The notes under the pieces were generated by a model. That model was not told where the DNA came from. It saw only the letters and a list, made by a program, of their open reading frames with translations, and did not search any database. 64,000 bases of DNA from the NCBI GenBank assembly GCA_943787795.1, contig CALSNU010000007.1, positions 64,001-128,000 on the forward strand, given 5' to 3'. The stretch is from an uncultured bacterium. Lineage in GTDB: Bacteria > Planctomycetota > UBA1135 > GCA-002686595. The position numbers were made by a program, and so were the translations under genes. This document shows, piece after piece, positions 28,281 to 38,538 of this stretch (position 1 is its first letter; every line of letters starts with the position of its first letter).

Positions 28281-29855
28281 ATGACGAAGGACTCCACCAG
28301 TCCGCGCCGTCGACGTCGTTCACGTCGCGGCGGCCGCCCCTCGACCACCCAGACCTCCTCTGAAGAGCAACGCTCGCCCCAGGAACCGCGTTCGGAGGCT
28401 CCCGCCAGGGAAGACACCGAGCGGGAGGTCTCCTTCCAGCCCGCTGAGGGCTCCACCGAGCGGGCCTCCGGCGCGCACAAGCGCGACGAGTTCAAGACGT
28501 TTGGACTCGACGCCCAGGTCCTGCGCGGGATCCAGGAGCTCGGCTTCACCGAGGCTCGACCGATCCAGCGCAAGGCCATCCCCGCCGTCCTCGAGGGCCG
28601 GGACGTCCTGGGCCTCGCGCAGACGGGGACGGGCAAGACCGCGGCCTTCGCGCTGCCCATTCTCGAGCACCTGCGCGGCGGCGGCGGTCAACGACGCGGC
28701 CCGCGGGCGCTCGTGATCGCGCCGACCCGCGAGCTGGCTCTCCAGATCCATGAGGAGTTCTCCAGCCTCGGGAAGTTCACCCGCGTGCGCTCGACGACCG
28801 TTTTCGGCGGCGTCCCGCAGAACGCGCAGGTGCGCGCCCTGAAGTCTCGGCCCGAGGTGGTGGTCGCGTGCCCCGGCCGGCTGCTTGACCTCGCCGGCCA
28901 GCGCGTGATCGACCTGCGCGACGTTGAGGTCCTCGTCCTTGACGAGGCCGACCACATGTTCGACATGGGCTTCCTGCCGAACGTCCGACAGATCCTCCGG
29001 CTGCTCCCCGAGCGCCGCCAGAACCTGCTCTTCTCGGCCACGATGCCGAAGGAGATCCGCCACCTGGCCGACGAGGTCTTGAACCGACCGACGGTCATCG
29101 AGCTGGCGCACAGCCGCCCCGCGGACACCATCGAACACGCGCTCTACGAGTGCGCGCAGCCGCGCCGCCTGGACCTCCTCGAGGAGATCCTCGGTGGTCC
29201 GGACTTCCGCTCCGCCATCGTCTTCCTGCGGACGAAGCATCGGGCGCGCAAGATCGCCAAGCAGCTCGACGCCCACGGACACCGGGCGATCGCCCTGCAG
29301 GGCAACATGTCCCAGAACCAGCGCGTGCGCGCCATGGAGGGCTTTCGCCGCGGGGACTACGACGTGCTGGTGGCGACCGACATCGCGGCCCGCGGGATCG
29401 ACGTCGCGGACGTGAGTCACGTGGTCAACTTCGATGTGCCGAACACTCCCGAGGCGTACACCCACCGCATCGGCCGCACCGGGCGCTCCAAGAAACAGGG
29501 CAAGGCCTTCACCTTCTTCGCCCGCGAAGACGGGGACCAGGTGCGTGCGATCGAGCGGCACCTCGGAGCCAAGATCCCGCGCAAGGCGCTCGAGGGCTTT
29601 GACCCCGGCGATGTGAACGCCATGCCCAAGCCCGCGGCGACCCGCGGTCGTGGTGGTGGCGGTGGCGGCGGCGGCCGAGGCGGCCGCGGTCCTCGTGGCG
29701 GCGGCGGCGGGGCGAAGCGCCGTGGGGGCGGTGGCGGACGCGGCTCCTCAGCGCCCAAGGCCTTCCCCAGGCCCGCAGCGCGCTCCTCCTCAGGAGGCGG
29801 CAGCGCGTCGCCTGGTCGCAAGAGCGGCGGCGGCGGTTTTGGCCGCGGCCTCTGA
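28281..29855 (+). CDS. DEAD-box RNA helicase, RhlE-like, with Gly/Arg-rich tail
   Basis: AQTGTGKT, PTRELA, DEAD, SAT, HRIGRTGR. Confidence 0.95.
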   Translation: MTKDSTSPRRRRRSRRGGRPSTTQTSSEEQRSPQEPRSEAPAREDTEREVSFQPAEGSTERASGAHKRDEFKTFGLDAQVLRGIQELGFTEARPIQRKAIPAVLEGRDVLGLAQTGTGKTAAFALPILEHLRGGGGQRRGPRALVIAPTRELALQIHEEFSSLGKFTRVRSTTVFGGVPQNAQVRALKSRPEVVVACPGRLLDLAGQRVIDLRDVEVLVLDEADHMFDMGFLPNVRQILRLLPERRQNLLFSATMPKEIRHLADEVLNRPTVIELAHSRPADTIEHALYECAQPRRLDLLEEILGGPDFRSAIVFLRTKHRARKIAKQLDAHGHRAIALQGNMSQNQRVRAMEGFRRGDYDVLVATDIAARGIDVADVSHVVNFDVPNTPEAYTHRIGRTGRSKKQGKAFTFFAREDGDQVRAIERHLGAKIPRKALEGFDPGDVNAMPKPAATRGRGGGGGGGGRGGRGPRGGGGGAKRRGGGGGRGSSAPKAFPRPAARSSSGGGSASPGRKSGGGGFGRGL

Positions 29856-29959
29856 GCCAGACTTCTGAGCCAGACTTCTGAGTCAGACTTCTGAGTCAGA
29901 CTTCTGAGTTCGGCCCCCGAGTTCGGCCCCCGAGATCGGCCCCCGAGATTGGCCCTGAG
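29851..29959. repeat. 13-bp period minisatellite with progressively changing unit
   Basis: GAGCCAGACTTCT x2, GAGTCAGACTTCT x2, GAGTTCGGCCCCC x2, GAGATCGGCCCCC, GAGATTGGCCCT. Confidence 0.92.
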
Positions 29960-29981
29960 GTGCAGCGCCTGCCGCTGGCCC

Positions 29982-30680
29982 TCAGAGCCGGATCTCGAGC
30001 CGCTCGCCCAGTTCGAAGCTCGTCGGCGTCACGACGGTCGAGTAGGCGAGCAGCTCGACGCCCGCCTCGGCGACCTCGCGTAACCGCTTCGAGTAGACGG
30101 GGTCGATGTCGTCGGCCGGAGAGAAGGCCGTCACGTCCGCCCTGGAGACGCAGTACAGCATCACGCCCCGGTCCCCCGCGGCGACGACGTCTGCCAGCTC
30201 GTTGAGGTGCTTCAGCCCGCGGCTGGTCACCGCGTCGGGGAAGCGCGCGAGCTCTCCTTCCGCGAGGGTCGTGTTCTTCACCTCGACGTAGGCGCGGCCA
30301 AGTTCTGGGTCCTCAAGGAGCAGGTCGATACGGCTGTTCTTGCCGTACTTCACCTCGCGCTTTGCGGTCGCGTAGCCGAGGAGCGGCTCGATCTTGCCGG
30401 CCTCCACGGCCTCGAACGCGAGGGCGTTGGGGAGGCCGGTGTCGACGTTGACCCAGGTGCCGCCGACCTCGATGGTCTGGAACGTGTGGCGCAGCTTCCG
30501 CTTCGGATCCTCGCTATCTCGCAACGCGACGCGAGCCCCCGCCTCGAGGCAGCCCTTCATGGACCCGGTGTTGGGGCAGTGGGCCGTCAGGAGAGAGCCG
30601 TCCTCCAGCTCCACGTCCGTGAGGAAGCGCTTGTAGCGCTTGATGAAGGTCCCGACGACGACCGGCTGCTGGATCTGCAT
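29982..30680 (-). CDS. sfsA: Sugar fermentation stimulation protein SfsA
   Basis: AHCPNTGSM, YVEVKNTT, FPDAVTSRGLKHL. Confidence 0.95.
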   Translation of the reverse strand: MQIQQPVVVGTFIKRYKRFLTDVELEDGSLLTAHCPNTGSMKGCLEAGARVALRDSEDPKRKLRHTFQTIEVGGTWVNVDTGLPNALAFEAVEAGKIEPLLGYATAKREVKYGKNSRIDLLLEDPELGRAYVEVKNTTLAEGELARFPDAVTSRGLKHLNELADVVAAGDRGVMLYCVSRADVTAFSPADDIDPVYSKRLREVAEAGVELLAYSTVVTPTSFELGERLEIRL

Positions 30681-30848
30681 GCCCAGGACTCTAGGCCCAG
30701 GCGTCCCGTCTCGCGCCGCCCTCGGCAGGGTTTAGCCGCTGGGGTGCCGAGGGGACCGTCTCAGTGCGGACTGGACGTGGCCCGATTCCAAAATTGCCCG
30801 GCTTGACCCCTCTCCACCGGGCCGCATCAGGCCTAGACTTCCTGGCCG

Positions 30849-31826
30849 ATGATGAGACTCATTCTCAGCCAAGATCCGCCGCGGCGCGCCCAAGGGGCAT
30901 GGTCTCGGGCCCTGCTCGCCCTCGGCATGGCCCTGCCGTTTGTGGCCTGCAGCGAGGTCTCGGGCGTCTCCGACGCGCCGCTGGTGGTCGTGACCACGGG
31001 TCAAATCCATGACGCCGCCGAGGCGCTCATGGAAGGCGTCACGGTCGAGCTGAAGCTGCTCTGCGGTCCTGGGGTCGATCCCCACAGCTACGGCGCGAGC
31101 ACCCGCGACGTGCTGGCCATGGACCAGGCCGCCCTCATCGTCTTCAACGGCTTCCACCTCGAGGCCCAGCTGTCCGAGCTCCTGGAGCGTGAGGCCATCG
31201 CGGCGAAGAGCTGGTCGATGGCCAGCGCATTCCCCGCAGGGCGCTGTCTGGGCTGGAGCGAGGAGGGCGTGGAGACGGACAGCTTCGATCCGCACATCTG
31301 GAACGATCTTGAGGGATGGTCCAGCTGCGTCGAGGCGCTCTCGTCCGAGCTCGTTGCGCTATTCCCGGGTAGCGCATCGCAGATCGAGGCCAACGCGGCG
31401 GCCTACTCCCGCGAGCTCCTCGAGGTCGACGCGTGGGCGAGCCAGCGGCTCGAGCAGATCCCGGAGGCACGTCGCATTCTCGTGAGCGGCCACGACGCGT
31501 TCAGCTACTTCGCCCGGAACTACGGCCTCGAGACCCTGGCCATTCTTGGCGTTGGGAACGACCCCGAGGCGGACCTCCGGACCATGCGGTCCGTCGCCGA
31601 TCGCGTGGTCGAGATGAGGGTTCCCGTGTTGTTCCTCGAGTCCATCACCAACCCGCGGCTCACCCAGGCGCTCCTCGAGGCGTGCGAGGCACGGGGCTGG
31701 GAAGTGCGGATTGCAGACGAGCCTCTCTACTCGGACGACCTCGGCGTGGAGGCCCCGGCCGACACCTTCCTCGGGGCCTTCCGTGCGAACGTTGAGGTCA
31801 TCTCCACAGCGCTGGGGACGCCATGA
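30849..31826 (+). CDS. Mn/Zn/Fe ABC transporter substrate-binding lipoprotein (TroA-like)
   Basis: FVA-C lipobox, VDPHSY, DPHIW, HDAFSYF, LYSD. Confidence 0.93.
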   Translation: MMRLILSQDPPRRAQGAWSRALLALGMALPFVACSEVSGVSDAPLVVVTTGQIHDAAEALMEGVTVELKLLCGPGVDPHSYGASTRDVLAMDQAALIVFNGFHLEAQLSELLEREAIAAKSWSMASAFPAGRCLGWSEEGVETDSFDPHIWNDLEGWSSCVEALSSELVALFPGSASQIEANAAAYSRELLEVDAWASQRLEQIPEARRILVSGHDAFSYFARNYGLETLAILGVGNDPEADLRTMRSVADRVVEMRVPVLFLESITNPRLTQALLEACEARGWEVRIADEPLYSDDLGVEAPADTFLGAFRANVEVISTALGTP

Positions 31827-32599
31827 TCCAGCGCGGCGGCCTCGAGATCCCCACTGACCAGCCTGCCCTCGACGTGGAGGGACTGACGGTCACGTACGGA
31901 CAGGAGCCTGCGCTCTGGAACGCCGACCTCCGCCTGAGCCGAGGGTCGCTCGCCGCCATCGTGGGTCCGAACGGCGCGGGCAAGAGCACGCTGCTGAAGG
32001 CGGCGCTGGGGGTCGTTCCACGCGTCTCTGGGCGCGTGCGGGTGCTGGGCGAAGACCCGGCACGCAGGCGCCGCCTGGTGGCGTATGTTCCGCAGCGGAC
32101 GAGCGTCGACTGGGACTTCCCGACCTCGGTCCTCGACGTCGTCTTGATGGGCACCTACGGCCAGCTCGGCTGGTTCCGGCGCCCGGGCCGCAAGGAGCGC
32201 GCTCTGGCCCTGCAAGCCCTCGAGCAGATGGAGATGGCGGATCTGGCGGGCCGGCAGATCGCCGAGCTGTCAGGCGGCCAGCAGCAGCGGGTCTTCCTCG
32301 CACGCGCGCTGGTGCAGGACGCCGAGGTCTACTTCATGGACGAGCCCTTCGCCGGCGTGGACGCGGTGACAGAGCAGAGCATCGCCTCGCTCATGGGGCT
32401 CCTCGCCCATCAGGGCAAGACCATCCTCTCCGTGCACCATGACCTCGCGACGGTGCCGCGCTACTTCGAACATGCGGTGCTGCTGAATCGGGTCGTCCAG
32501 GCGGTCGGGACGGTCAAGGAGGTCTTCCACCGCAGCAATCTGGATCGCCTGTACGGGGGGCGCGTCCCCGCGAACGTCCCCGAGTTCGCGTCGTCATGA
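31823..32599 (+). CDS. Metal ABC transporter ATPase (TroB-like)
   Basis: GPNGAGKST, LSGGQQQR, MDEPF. Confidence 0.95.
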   Translation: MIQRGGLEIPTDQPALDVEGLTVTYGQEPALWNADLRLSRGSLAAIVGPNGAGKSTLLKAALGVVPRVSGRVRVLGEDPARRRRLVAYVPQRTSVDWDFPTSVLDVVLMGTYGQLGWFRRPGRKERALALQALEQMEMADLAGRQIAELSGGQQQRVFLARALVQDAEVYFMDEPFAGVDAVTEQSIASLMGLLAHQGKTILSVHHDLATVPRYFEHAVLLNRVVQAVGTVKEVFHRSNLDRLYGGRVPANVPEFASS

Positions 32600-33528
32600 G
32601 CGCTCCGTGGGTCGACCTCGACCCGACCCTGGTCGTCGTGGCGGCGGGGACCACGACGGTGGGGGCGGTGAGCGGGGCCCTGGGTTGCTTCGCTTACCTC
32701 CGGCGACAGGGGCTGGTTGGGGACGTGGTCTCGCACTCGGCGCTGCTCGGCGTCGTCGTCGCCTTCGTGCTCTCCCACGCGATCACGGGGAGCGCTTCGC
32801 GGTCCCTCATGGTCCTTGTTCCAGGGGCGCTCATCGCGGGCACCGCGGCGCTGATGCTGGCGCGCTCCGTGTCGACCCGTACCCGGCTCAACGAAGACGC
32901 GAGCCTGGGGGTGATGCTCTCGATCTTCTTCGGCGGGGGGCTCTTCCTGCTCCGCTGGGTGCAGCGGCAGAGCCCGCCCATCCCGGGGCATACGGGGCTC
33001 GAGGACTACCTCTTCGGGATGGCCGCCGCCATGACCCGGGCAGACCTGTGGATGATCTTCGCCCTCGGAGGCTGCGCCGTCGTGGTGCTGTTCCTCGCCT
33101 GGAAGGAGCTCAAGGTGTTCACGTTTGACCCTGACTTCTCCAGGAGCCTGGGCCTACCCTCGCGCGTGCTCGACACGCTGATGATGGCGCTGCTCGTGGC
33201 AGGCGTCGTGATCGGGATCCAGACGGTGGGGGTGATCCTGATGATCGCCCTCCTCGTGACGCCCGCGGCGGCGGCCCGTCAGTGGACCTCACGCCTGTCG
33301 ACCATGGCGCTGCTGGCGGCGGTGTTCGGCGCGGCCTCAGGAGCCGGCGGCGCGCTGTTGAGCGCCTCGGAGGCGGGTCTCCCCACAGGGCCGGTGGTGG
33401 TCCTCCTCGCAACAGCCATCTTCGCGCTGTCTCTCCTGCTGGCGCCGCAGCGCGGGGTAATCGCGCGCGCGCGCGCGCGCCGAGCCCTGCGTGACGTGCC
33501 GCCTCCGGCGGCGGGAGGGGCCTCGTGA
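32596..33528 (+). CDS. Metal ABC transporter permease (TroC-like)
   Basis: GDVVSHSALLG, KELKVFTFD, TPAAAARQW. Confidence 0.93.
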   Translation: MSAPWVDLDPTLVVVAAGTTTVGAVSGALGCFAYLRRQGLVGDVVSHSALLGVVVAFVLSHAITGSASRSLMVLVPGALIAGTAALMLARSVSTRTRLNEDASLGVMLSIFFGGGLFLLRWVQRQSPPIPGHTGLEDYLFGMAAAMTRADLWMIFALGGCAVVVLFLAWKELKVFTFDPDFSRSLGLPSRVLDTLMMALLVAGVVIGIQTVGVILMIALLVTPAAAARQWTSRLSTMALLAAVFGAASGAGGALLSASEAGLPTGPVVVLLATAIFALSLLLAPQRGVIARARARRALRDVPPPAAGGAS

Positions 33529-34589
33529 TCGAGTTCTGGACCCTGGCGATCGCGGCGGTGACCGCGCTGGCCTGCGCCCTCTCCGGGACCTTCCTCGTGC
33601 TCAAGCGCGAGGCGCTGGTCTCCGAGGGCCTGGCTCACGCGGTCCTCCCGGGGATCGTGATCGCCTATGCGCTGATCGGGGATCGGACCTCTCCGTTGCT
33701 GCTCGTTGGCGCCGCGGCCATGGGCCTCTTGATGATCCTCGCCGTCCAGGCCATTCGTCGGACGGGGGTGGTGGACTCCACGGCGTCGCTCGGCGTTGTG
33801 TTCCCCGCGCTCTTCAGCGTGGGCGTCCTCTTGACCAGCATGGATCTCGCGGGAACCTACTTCCACGCCGACTGCATCATCGAGGGGAACCTCGCCCTCG
33901 CGCCCCTCGATCGCCTCGAGCTCGGAGGCCGCGACCTGGGTCCGCGGGCTTTCTGGTCCGTCTCTGCCGCGCTGCTCCTCGTCGCCGGATTCGTGTTGCT
34001 CCTCTTCAAGGAGCTCAAGCTCTTGACCTTCGATCCTGAGCTGGCGGCCAGCCTCGGCTTCCGACCGAGTCGGATCCACGTGGCGTGGCTCGCGGTGGTG
34101 TCTTTCACCGTGGTCGCGTCCTTCGAGGCAGCCGGTTCGATCCTCGTTGTGGCCCTGATGATCGCGCCACCTGCAGCCGCGGTCCTGTGGGTGGACGACG
34201 TGCGGCATGTCCTCGGCCTGGCCGGTGTGTTCGCGCTGGTGAGCGCCGCCGTGGGACACGAGTTGGGGATGGCCTTGGATGTCGCCCCGGCGGGCCCGAT
34301 GGCCACCTCGGCGGGCGTCTTGTTCCTCGCGTCGCTGGCCCTCGCGCCGAGGGGCATCGTCATGAGGGGGCGCGCGCGTCGGAGCGTCCTGGCCCGTCTG
34401 GAGGTGGACCTGGTCGCGGCGCGGCTCCGATCGGGGTCGCCCAGGGACTCCGAGTCCGTGCGGGGTGAGCTGGGCTGGCCTCGCCGCCGCTTCGAGGCCG
34501 TCGTCGCCCGGGCGGTGTCCGGGGCCGCGCTCATCCATGATCCCGCGGCGGGGACCCTCCACCTCGCGGCGAGACCGGCGGGGAGTTGA
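33525..34589 (+). CDS. Metal ABC transporter permease (TroD-like) with C-terminal extension
   Basis: AHAVLPGIV, KELKLLTFD, AAGSILVVALMIAP. Confidence 0.92.
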   Translation: MIEFWTLAIAAVTALACALSGTFLVLKREALVSEGLAHAVLPGIVIAYALIGDRTSPLLLVGAAAMGLLMILAVQAIRRTGVVDSTASLGVVFPALFSVGVLLTSMDLAGTYFHADCIIEGNLALAPLDRLELGGRDLGPRAFWSVSAALLLVAGFVLLLFKELKLLTFDPELAASLGFRPSRIHVAWLAVVSFTVVASFEAAGSILVVALMIAPPAAAVLWVDDVRHVLGLAGVFALVSAAVGHELGMALDVAPAGPMATSAGVLFLASLALAPRGIVMRGRARRSVLARLEVDLVAARLRSGSPRDSESVRGELGWPRRRFEAVVARAVSGAALIHDPAAGTLHLAARPAGS

Positions 34590-34650
34590 CCGCTGAAAGG
34601 ACCGTTCGGCGGTGGTCCAGGAGCAGGGCGCTCCCTATCCTCTGCGCCTC

Positions 34651-35761
34651 ATGTCACCCACCCCCGCCGACTACCGCGACCGTACGAAGGAGCTCCGCGG
34701 CAGACTCAGTCTGCTGACGGAGAGTCTTTGACTACCCCATCAAGCTGAAACGATTCGAGGAGATCGAGGAGCTGCAGGTCAGCCCCGACTTCTGGAATGA
34801 CCAGGACCAGAGCCAGAAGCTGGTCCGGGAGCTGAAGGGGCTCCGGCACGTGGTGGAGCCCGTCAGGAGCCTGGAGAGCGGCTTCGAAGAGGTCGAGCTC
34901 CTGCTGGAGATGGCCGAGGAAGGGGGTGAGCTCGAGGAGGTCTCCAGCGAGCTGGACGCCACCCTTGAGGGAGCGAAGGACACGCTCGACGACCTCGAGT
35001 TCAAGGTCATGCTCGGCGGGCCGAGCGATCAGATGGGGGCGTTCCTCCAGATCAGCGCTGGCGCCGGCGGGGTCGACGCCTGTGACTGGGCCTCGATGCT
35101 CATGCGCATGTACGTACGCTGGGCGGAGCGCCGCGAGTTCGACCTCACCCAGGTCGAGCTGAGCGAGGAGGACCAGGGCGGCATCCGCGGCGTGACGCTG
35201 CACATCGAGGGGCCCTACGCCTTCGGCTACCTGAAGGCCGAGACCGGCGTGCACCGGCTGGTTCGCATCAGCCCCTTCGACGCCCAGGCTCGTCGCCAGA
35301 CGGCCTTCGCCTCGGTGGACGTCACCCCTGCGACCGATGATTCGATCGAGATCGACATCAACGAGTCGGACGTCAAGGTGGACACCATGCGCGCGGGCGG
35401 CGCCGGTGGTCAGCACGTCAACAAGACCGAGTCGGCGGTCCGCCTGACGCACCTGCCGACCGGGATCGTCGTCCGCTGCCAGAACGAGCGCAGCCAGCAC
35501 AAGAACCGCGCCACGGCGTGGAGCATGCTGAAGGCCAAGATCCTCGCCATGGAGGAGGCCAAGCGCGACGCCGAGATGAGCAAGCTCTACGGCGAGAAGG
35601 GTGAGATCGCCTGGGGCAGCCAGATTCGCTCCTACGTGCTGAACCCGTACCAGATGGTCAAGGACCACCGGACCAACGTGGAGGAGGGCAACGTCCAGAA
35701 GGTGCTCGACGGTGAACTCGACCCCTTCATGGAAGCCTACCTCAAGCTGAAGAAGGGCTAG
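34651..35761 (+). CDS. prfB: Peptide chain release factor 2 with programmed +1 frameshift
   Basis: ATG 34651 reads 26 codons to CTT-TGA-C (34726-34732); the +1 frame continues to SPF and GGQ motifs. Confidence 0.97.
34719..34732 (+). promoter_or_regulatory. RF2 autoregulatory frameshift cassette
   Basis: GGAGAG internal SD-like element followed by T-CTT-TGA-C. Confidence 0.93.
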
Positions 35762-35830
35762 GGGCAACGAGGCGGCCGGAATCGGCGGCGGTGGGGTGGC
35801 AAGCCCCGCCGTGCGGACTAGGCTCCCCGC

Positions 35831-36223
35831 ATGAGCGCCTCCAGCCACCCCCACTTTGACGACCGCGGAACCCTGACCTGGTACACGACCATGGCGGAGG
35901 CGAAGGCCGCCGCCGCCGCGGAGGGGAAGAAGATCTTCATCGAGTTCGGGCGCGAACTCTGAAGCCAGTGCCGCAGCCTCGTGGAGGCTGTCATTCCCCG
36001 CCCTGACGTGGCGCCCATGCTCCAGGCCTGCTTCGTGGCCGTGGCCTCGGACTGCGATGAGCCGGAGGACGAGGTCATCGCCCTCGCCCAGAAGGTTGAG
36101 GACGCGATGATGCTGCCCTTCGTTCTCTTCGCCGATGCGGACGGGAACTACCTCGACGGGTACTCGGGGGTCGTGACGCCTCCGTACCTCATCAAGAAGC
36201 TCACCGAGTTCTCCGGCTCGTGA
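35831..36223 (+). CDS. Thioredoxin-fold selenoprotein candidate (UxxC), 130 aa
   Basis: [54 protein letters not shown]...; in-frame TGA 35960-35962 sits at the first Cys of a CxxC. Confidence 0.85.
35963..35995 (+). promoter_or_regulatory. Bacterial SECIS-like hairpin
   Basis: CAGCCTC-GTG-GAGGCTG stem-loop (35974-35990) begins 11 nt after the UGA; G-containing apical loop; lower stem AGTG/CATT. Confidence 0.7.
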
Positions 36224-38433
36224 TGCTCGTCGCCCTCTGCGTCAGCGCGGCCCTCTCCATCCCGACCATGACCGGCGCCACGCCGCAGGATGACGAGCCC
36301 GCGCACGGCGTCAGGGCACCGCTACCCTCTCCAGAGGAGATCGCGGCGCTCCCGGCGGACGGCGGCGATGAGTTCAATCGGCTGGTCTTCTCTGGCAGCC
36401 CCTACCTCCTCCAGCACGCGCGCAACCCCGTGGACTGGCACGAGTGGGGCCCGGCGGCGTTCGAGCTCGCGGCCGAGCGCGGCGTGCCGGTGTTCCTCTC
36501 GATCGGCTACTCCACGTGCCACTGGTGCCACGTGATGGAGCACGAGAGCTTCGAGGACGCAGAGGTCGCGAGGCTCATGAACGAGGCGTTCGTGTGCGTC
36601 AAGCTCGACCGCGAGGAGCGGCCGGATATCGACCAGCTCTACATGTCGGTGACCCAGGCGCTCACGGGGAGCGGCGGCTGGCCGATGACCGTGGTCATGA
36701 CCCCGGACAAGCGCCCCTTCTTTGCGGGGACCTACTTCCCGAAGCAGTCCATCGGCCAGCGCTTCGGGATGCTCGAGCTCGTCCCCGCGCTCTCGACAGC
36801 GTGGAGCGAACGTCGTGAGGAGGTGCTGCAATCGGCGAAAGCGATCACCGAGGACCTCGCGGCGCGGGTGGCGGGTGCTCCAGGGGGCGACCTGACGGCG
36901 GAGCACCTCGCCGAGGGAGAGGCGGAGCTCTCCCGGCGCTTCGACAGCGCCCGGGGCGGCTTCGGCGCCGCCCGCAAGTTCCCCGTGCCTCACGAACAGA
37001 CCTTCCTCCTTCGGCGCCACGGCGCCACCGGCTCGGCTCGCGCCCTGGAGATGGTCGAGCGGACCCTGGGTGCCTGGCGCCTTGGCGGCGTGTTCGATCA
37101 GGTGGGCTTGGGGATCCACCGCTACTCCACGGACCCGAACTGGCTCGTCCCGCACTTCGAGAAGATGCTCTACGACCAGGCGCTCTGCAGCCTCGCCTAC
37201 GTGGACGCCTGGCTCGTGACTGGTGACGCCACGTATGAGCGCGCGGCCCGCGAGATCCTGGCGTACGTGAGCCGGGACATGACCTCGCCGGAGGGCGGCT
37301 TCTACTCGGCGGAGGATGCGGACAGCGAGGGGGAGGAGGGGCTCTTCTACCTCTGGACCGAGGCCGAGCTCGGCGAGGTGCTCGACGCCGAGGAGGCAGC
37401 GTTCGTACGGGAGCGCTTCCGGACCAGCGACGAGGGGAACTACCGGGACGAGGCGACCGGGGAGCGGACGGGCCGCAACGTGCTCCATCTCAATGCGCCC
37501 CTCTCCGACGCCGAGCGAGCGCGCTGGGACGTCATGAGGGCGCGGCTCTTCGAGGCCCGCGAGGGGCGGATCCACCCGCTCAAGGACGACAAGGTCCTCA
37601 CGGACTGGAACGGTCTGATGATCTCGGCCTTCGCGCGAGCTGGCCGCGCATTTGGCGACGAGGCCCTGGTGGCCACCGCTCGGCGGGCGGCGGACTTCGT
37701 GCTCTCGGAGCTGCGCACCGATTCAGGGCGGCTCCTGAAGCGCTGGCGTGGCGGGGAGGCGGGGCTCCACGGGATGCTCGAAGACCACGCGTTCCTGGCC
37801 CAGGGGCTCCTGGACCTCTTCGAGGCCTCCCACGAGGTCGCTTATCTCGTAGCCGCTCGTGAGATTGTCGACACCGCTGTCCTGCACTTCCATGACGACG
37901 AGGCTGGCGGGTTCTTCCTGAGTCCCGATGACGGTGAGGCGCTGCTGGTTCGCTCCAAGACCATCTATGACGGCGCGCGCCCCTCCGGCAACTCGGTCAT
38001 GGCCTGCACCCTCCAGCGGCTCTCACGGATGACCGGGGAGACGGGCTACGAGGAACTTGCCGCCGGCACCATTCGGGCCTTCAGTGCTCAGGTCGAGCAG
38101 AGCCCCAGCTACTCGACGCAGCTCCTGGCGGCCGTGGACTTTCAGACCTCCACGACCCGCGAGATCGTGGTCGTGGGTCCGCCGCAGGCGCCGGAGACAC
38201 GGGCCATGCTGGCCCTGCTCGCCCGCCGCTATGCGCCCAACGACGTGGTGTTGCTCCGTCCGCCCGGTGAGGAGGGTGCGTCGTTGGCCGCCGCCTGCCC
38301 CTTCACCGAGCCCCTCGTGCCGGTGGACAGCAAGGCCACAGCGTACGTGTGCACCAACTTCGCCTGCGCTGCGCCGGTGACGACGCTCGAGGCCCTGGCT
38401 GGACTCCTCGAGGATGGCGCCGCGGATCGCTGA
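36223..38433 (+). CDS. YyaL/SPATA20-type thioredoxin-domain protein
   Basis: [44 protein letters not shown] overlap with the upstream gene. Confidence 0.95.
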   Translation: MLVALCVSAALSIPTMTGATPQDDEPAHGVRAPLPSPEEIAALPADGGDEFNRLVFSGSPYLLQHARNPVDWHEWGPAAFELAAERGVPVFLSIGYSTCHWCHVMEHESFEDAEVARLMNEAFVCVKLDREERPDIDQLYMSVTQALTGSGGWPMTVVMTPDKRPFFAGTYFPKQSIGQRFGMLELVPALSTAWSERREEVLQSAKAITEDLAARVAGAPGGDLTAEHLAEGEAELSRRFDSARGGFGAARKFPVPHEQTFLLRRHGATGSARALEMVERTLGAWRLGGVFDQVGLGIHRYSTDPNWLVPHFEKMLYDQALCSLAYVDAWLVTGDATYERAAREILAYVSRDMTSPEGGFYSAEDADSEGEEGLFYLWTEAELGEVLDAEEAAFVRERFRTSDEGNYRDEATGERTGRNVLHLNAPLSDAERARWDVMRARLFEAREGRIHPLKDDKVLTDWNGLMISAFARAGRAFGDEALVATARRAADFVLSELRTDSGRLLKRWRGGEAGLHGMLEDHAFLAQGLLDLFEASHEVAYLVAAREIVDTAVLHFHDDEAGGFFLSPDDGEALLVRSKTIYDGARPSGNSVMACTLQRLSRMTGETGYEELAAGTIRAFSAQVEQSPSYSTQLLAAVDFQTSTTREIVVVGPPQAPETRAMLALLARRYAPNDVVLLRPPGEEGASLAAACPFTEPLVPVDSKATAYVCTNFACAAPVTTLEALAGLLEDGAADR

Positions 38434-38459
38434 GGGATCCGAGCACCTCACCAACGAGC

Positions 38460-38498
38460 GCGCCCCCCGCGCAGGCTGGTCGGCCTGCGCGGGGGCGC
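38460..38498. terminator. Long GC hairpin between convergent genes
   Basis: GCGCCCCCCGCGCAGGC...GCCTGCGCGGGGGCGC. Confidence 0.55.
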
Positions 38499-38538
38499 AT
38501 TGGTTGGCTTCAGGCTCCGGGTCACCCGGAGGCTCCCA

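Noticed and set aside
29851..29959. Possible CRISPR array (also considered for 54330-54434)
   Set aside because: Units are contiguous with no unique spacers, and no cas genes are present
34651..34850. prfB as a frameshifted pseudogene
   Set aside because: Canonical CTT-TGA-C programmed frameshift; a well-known mechanism
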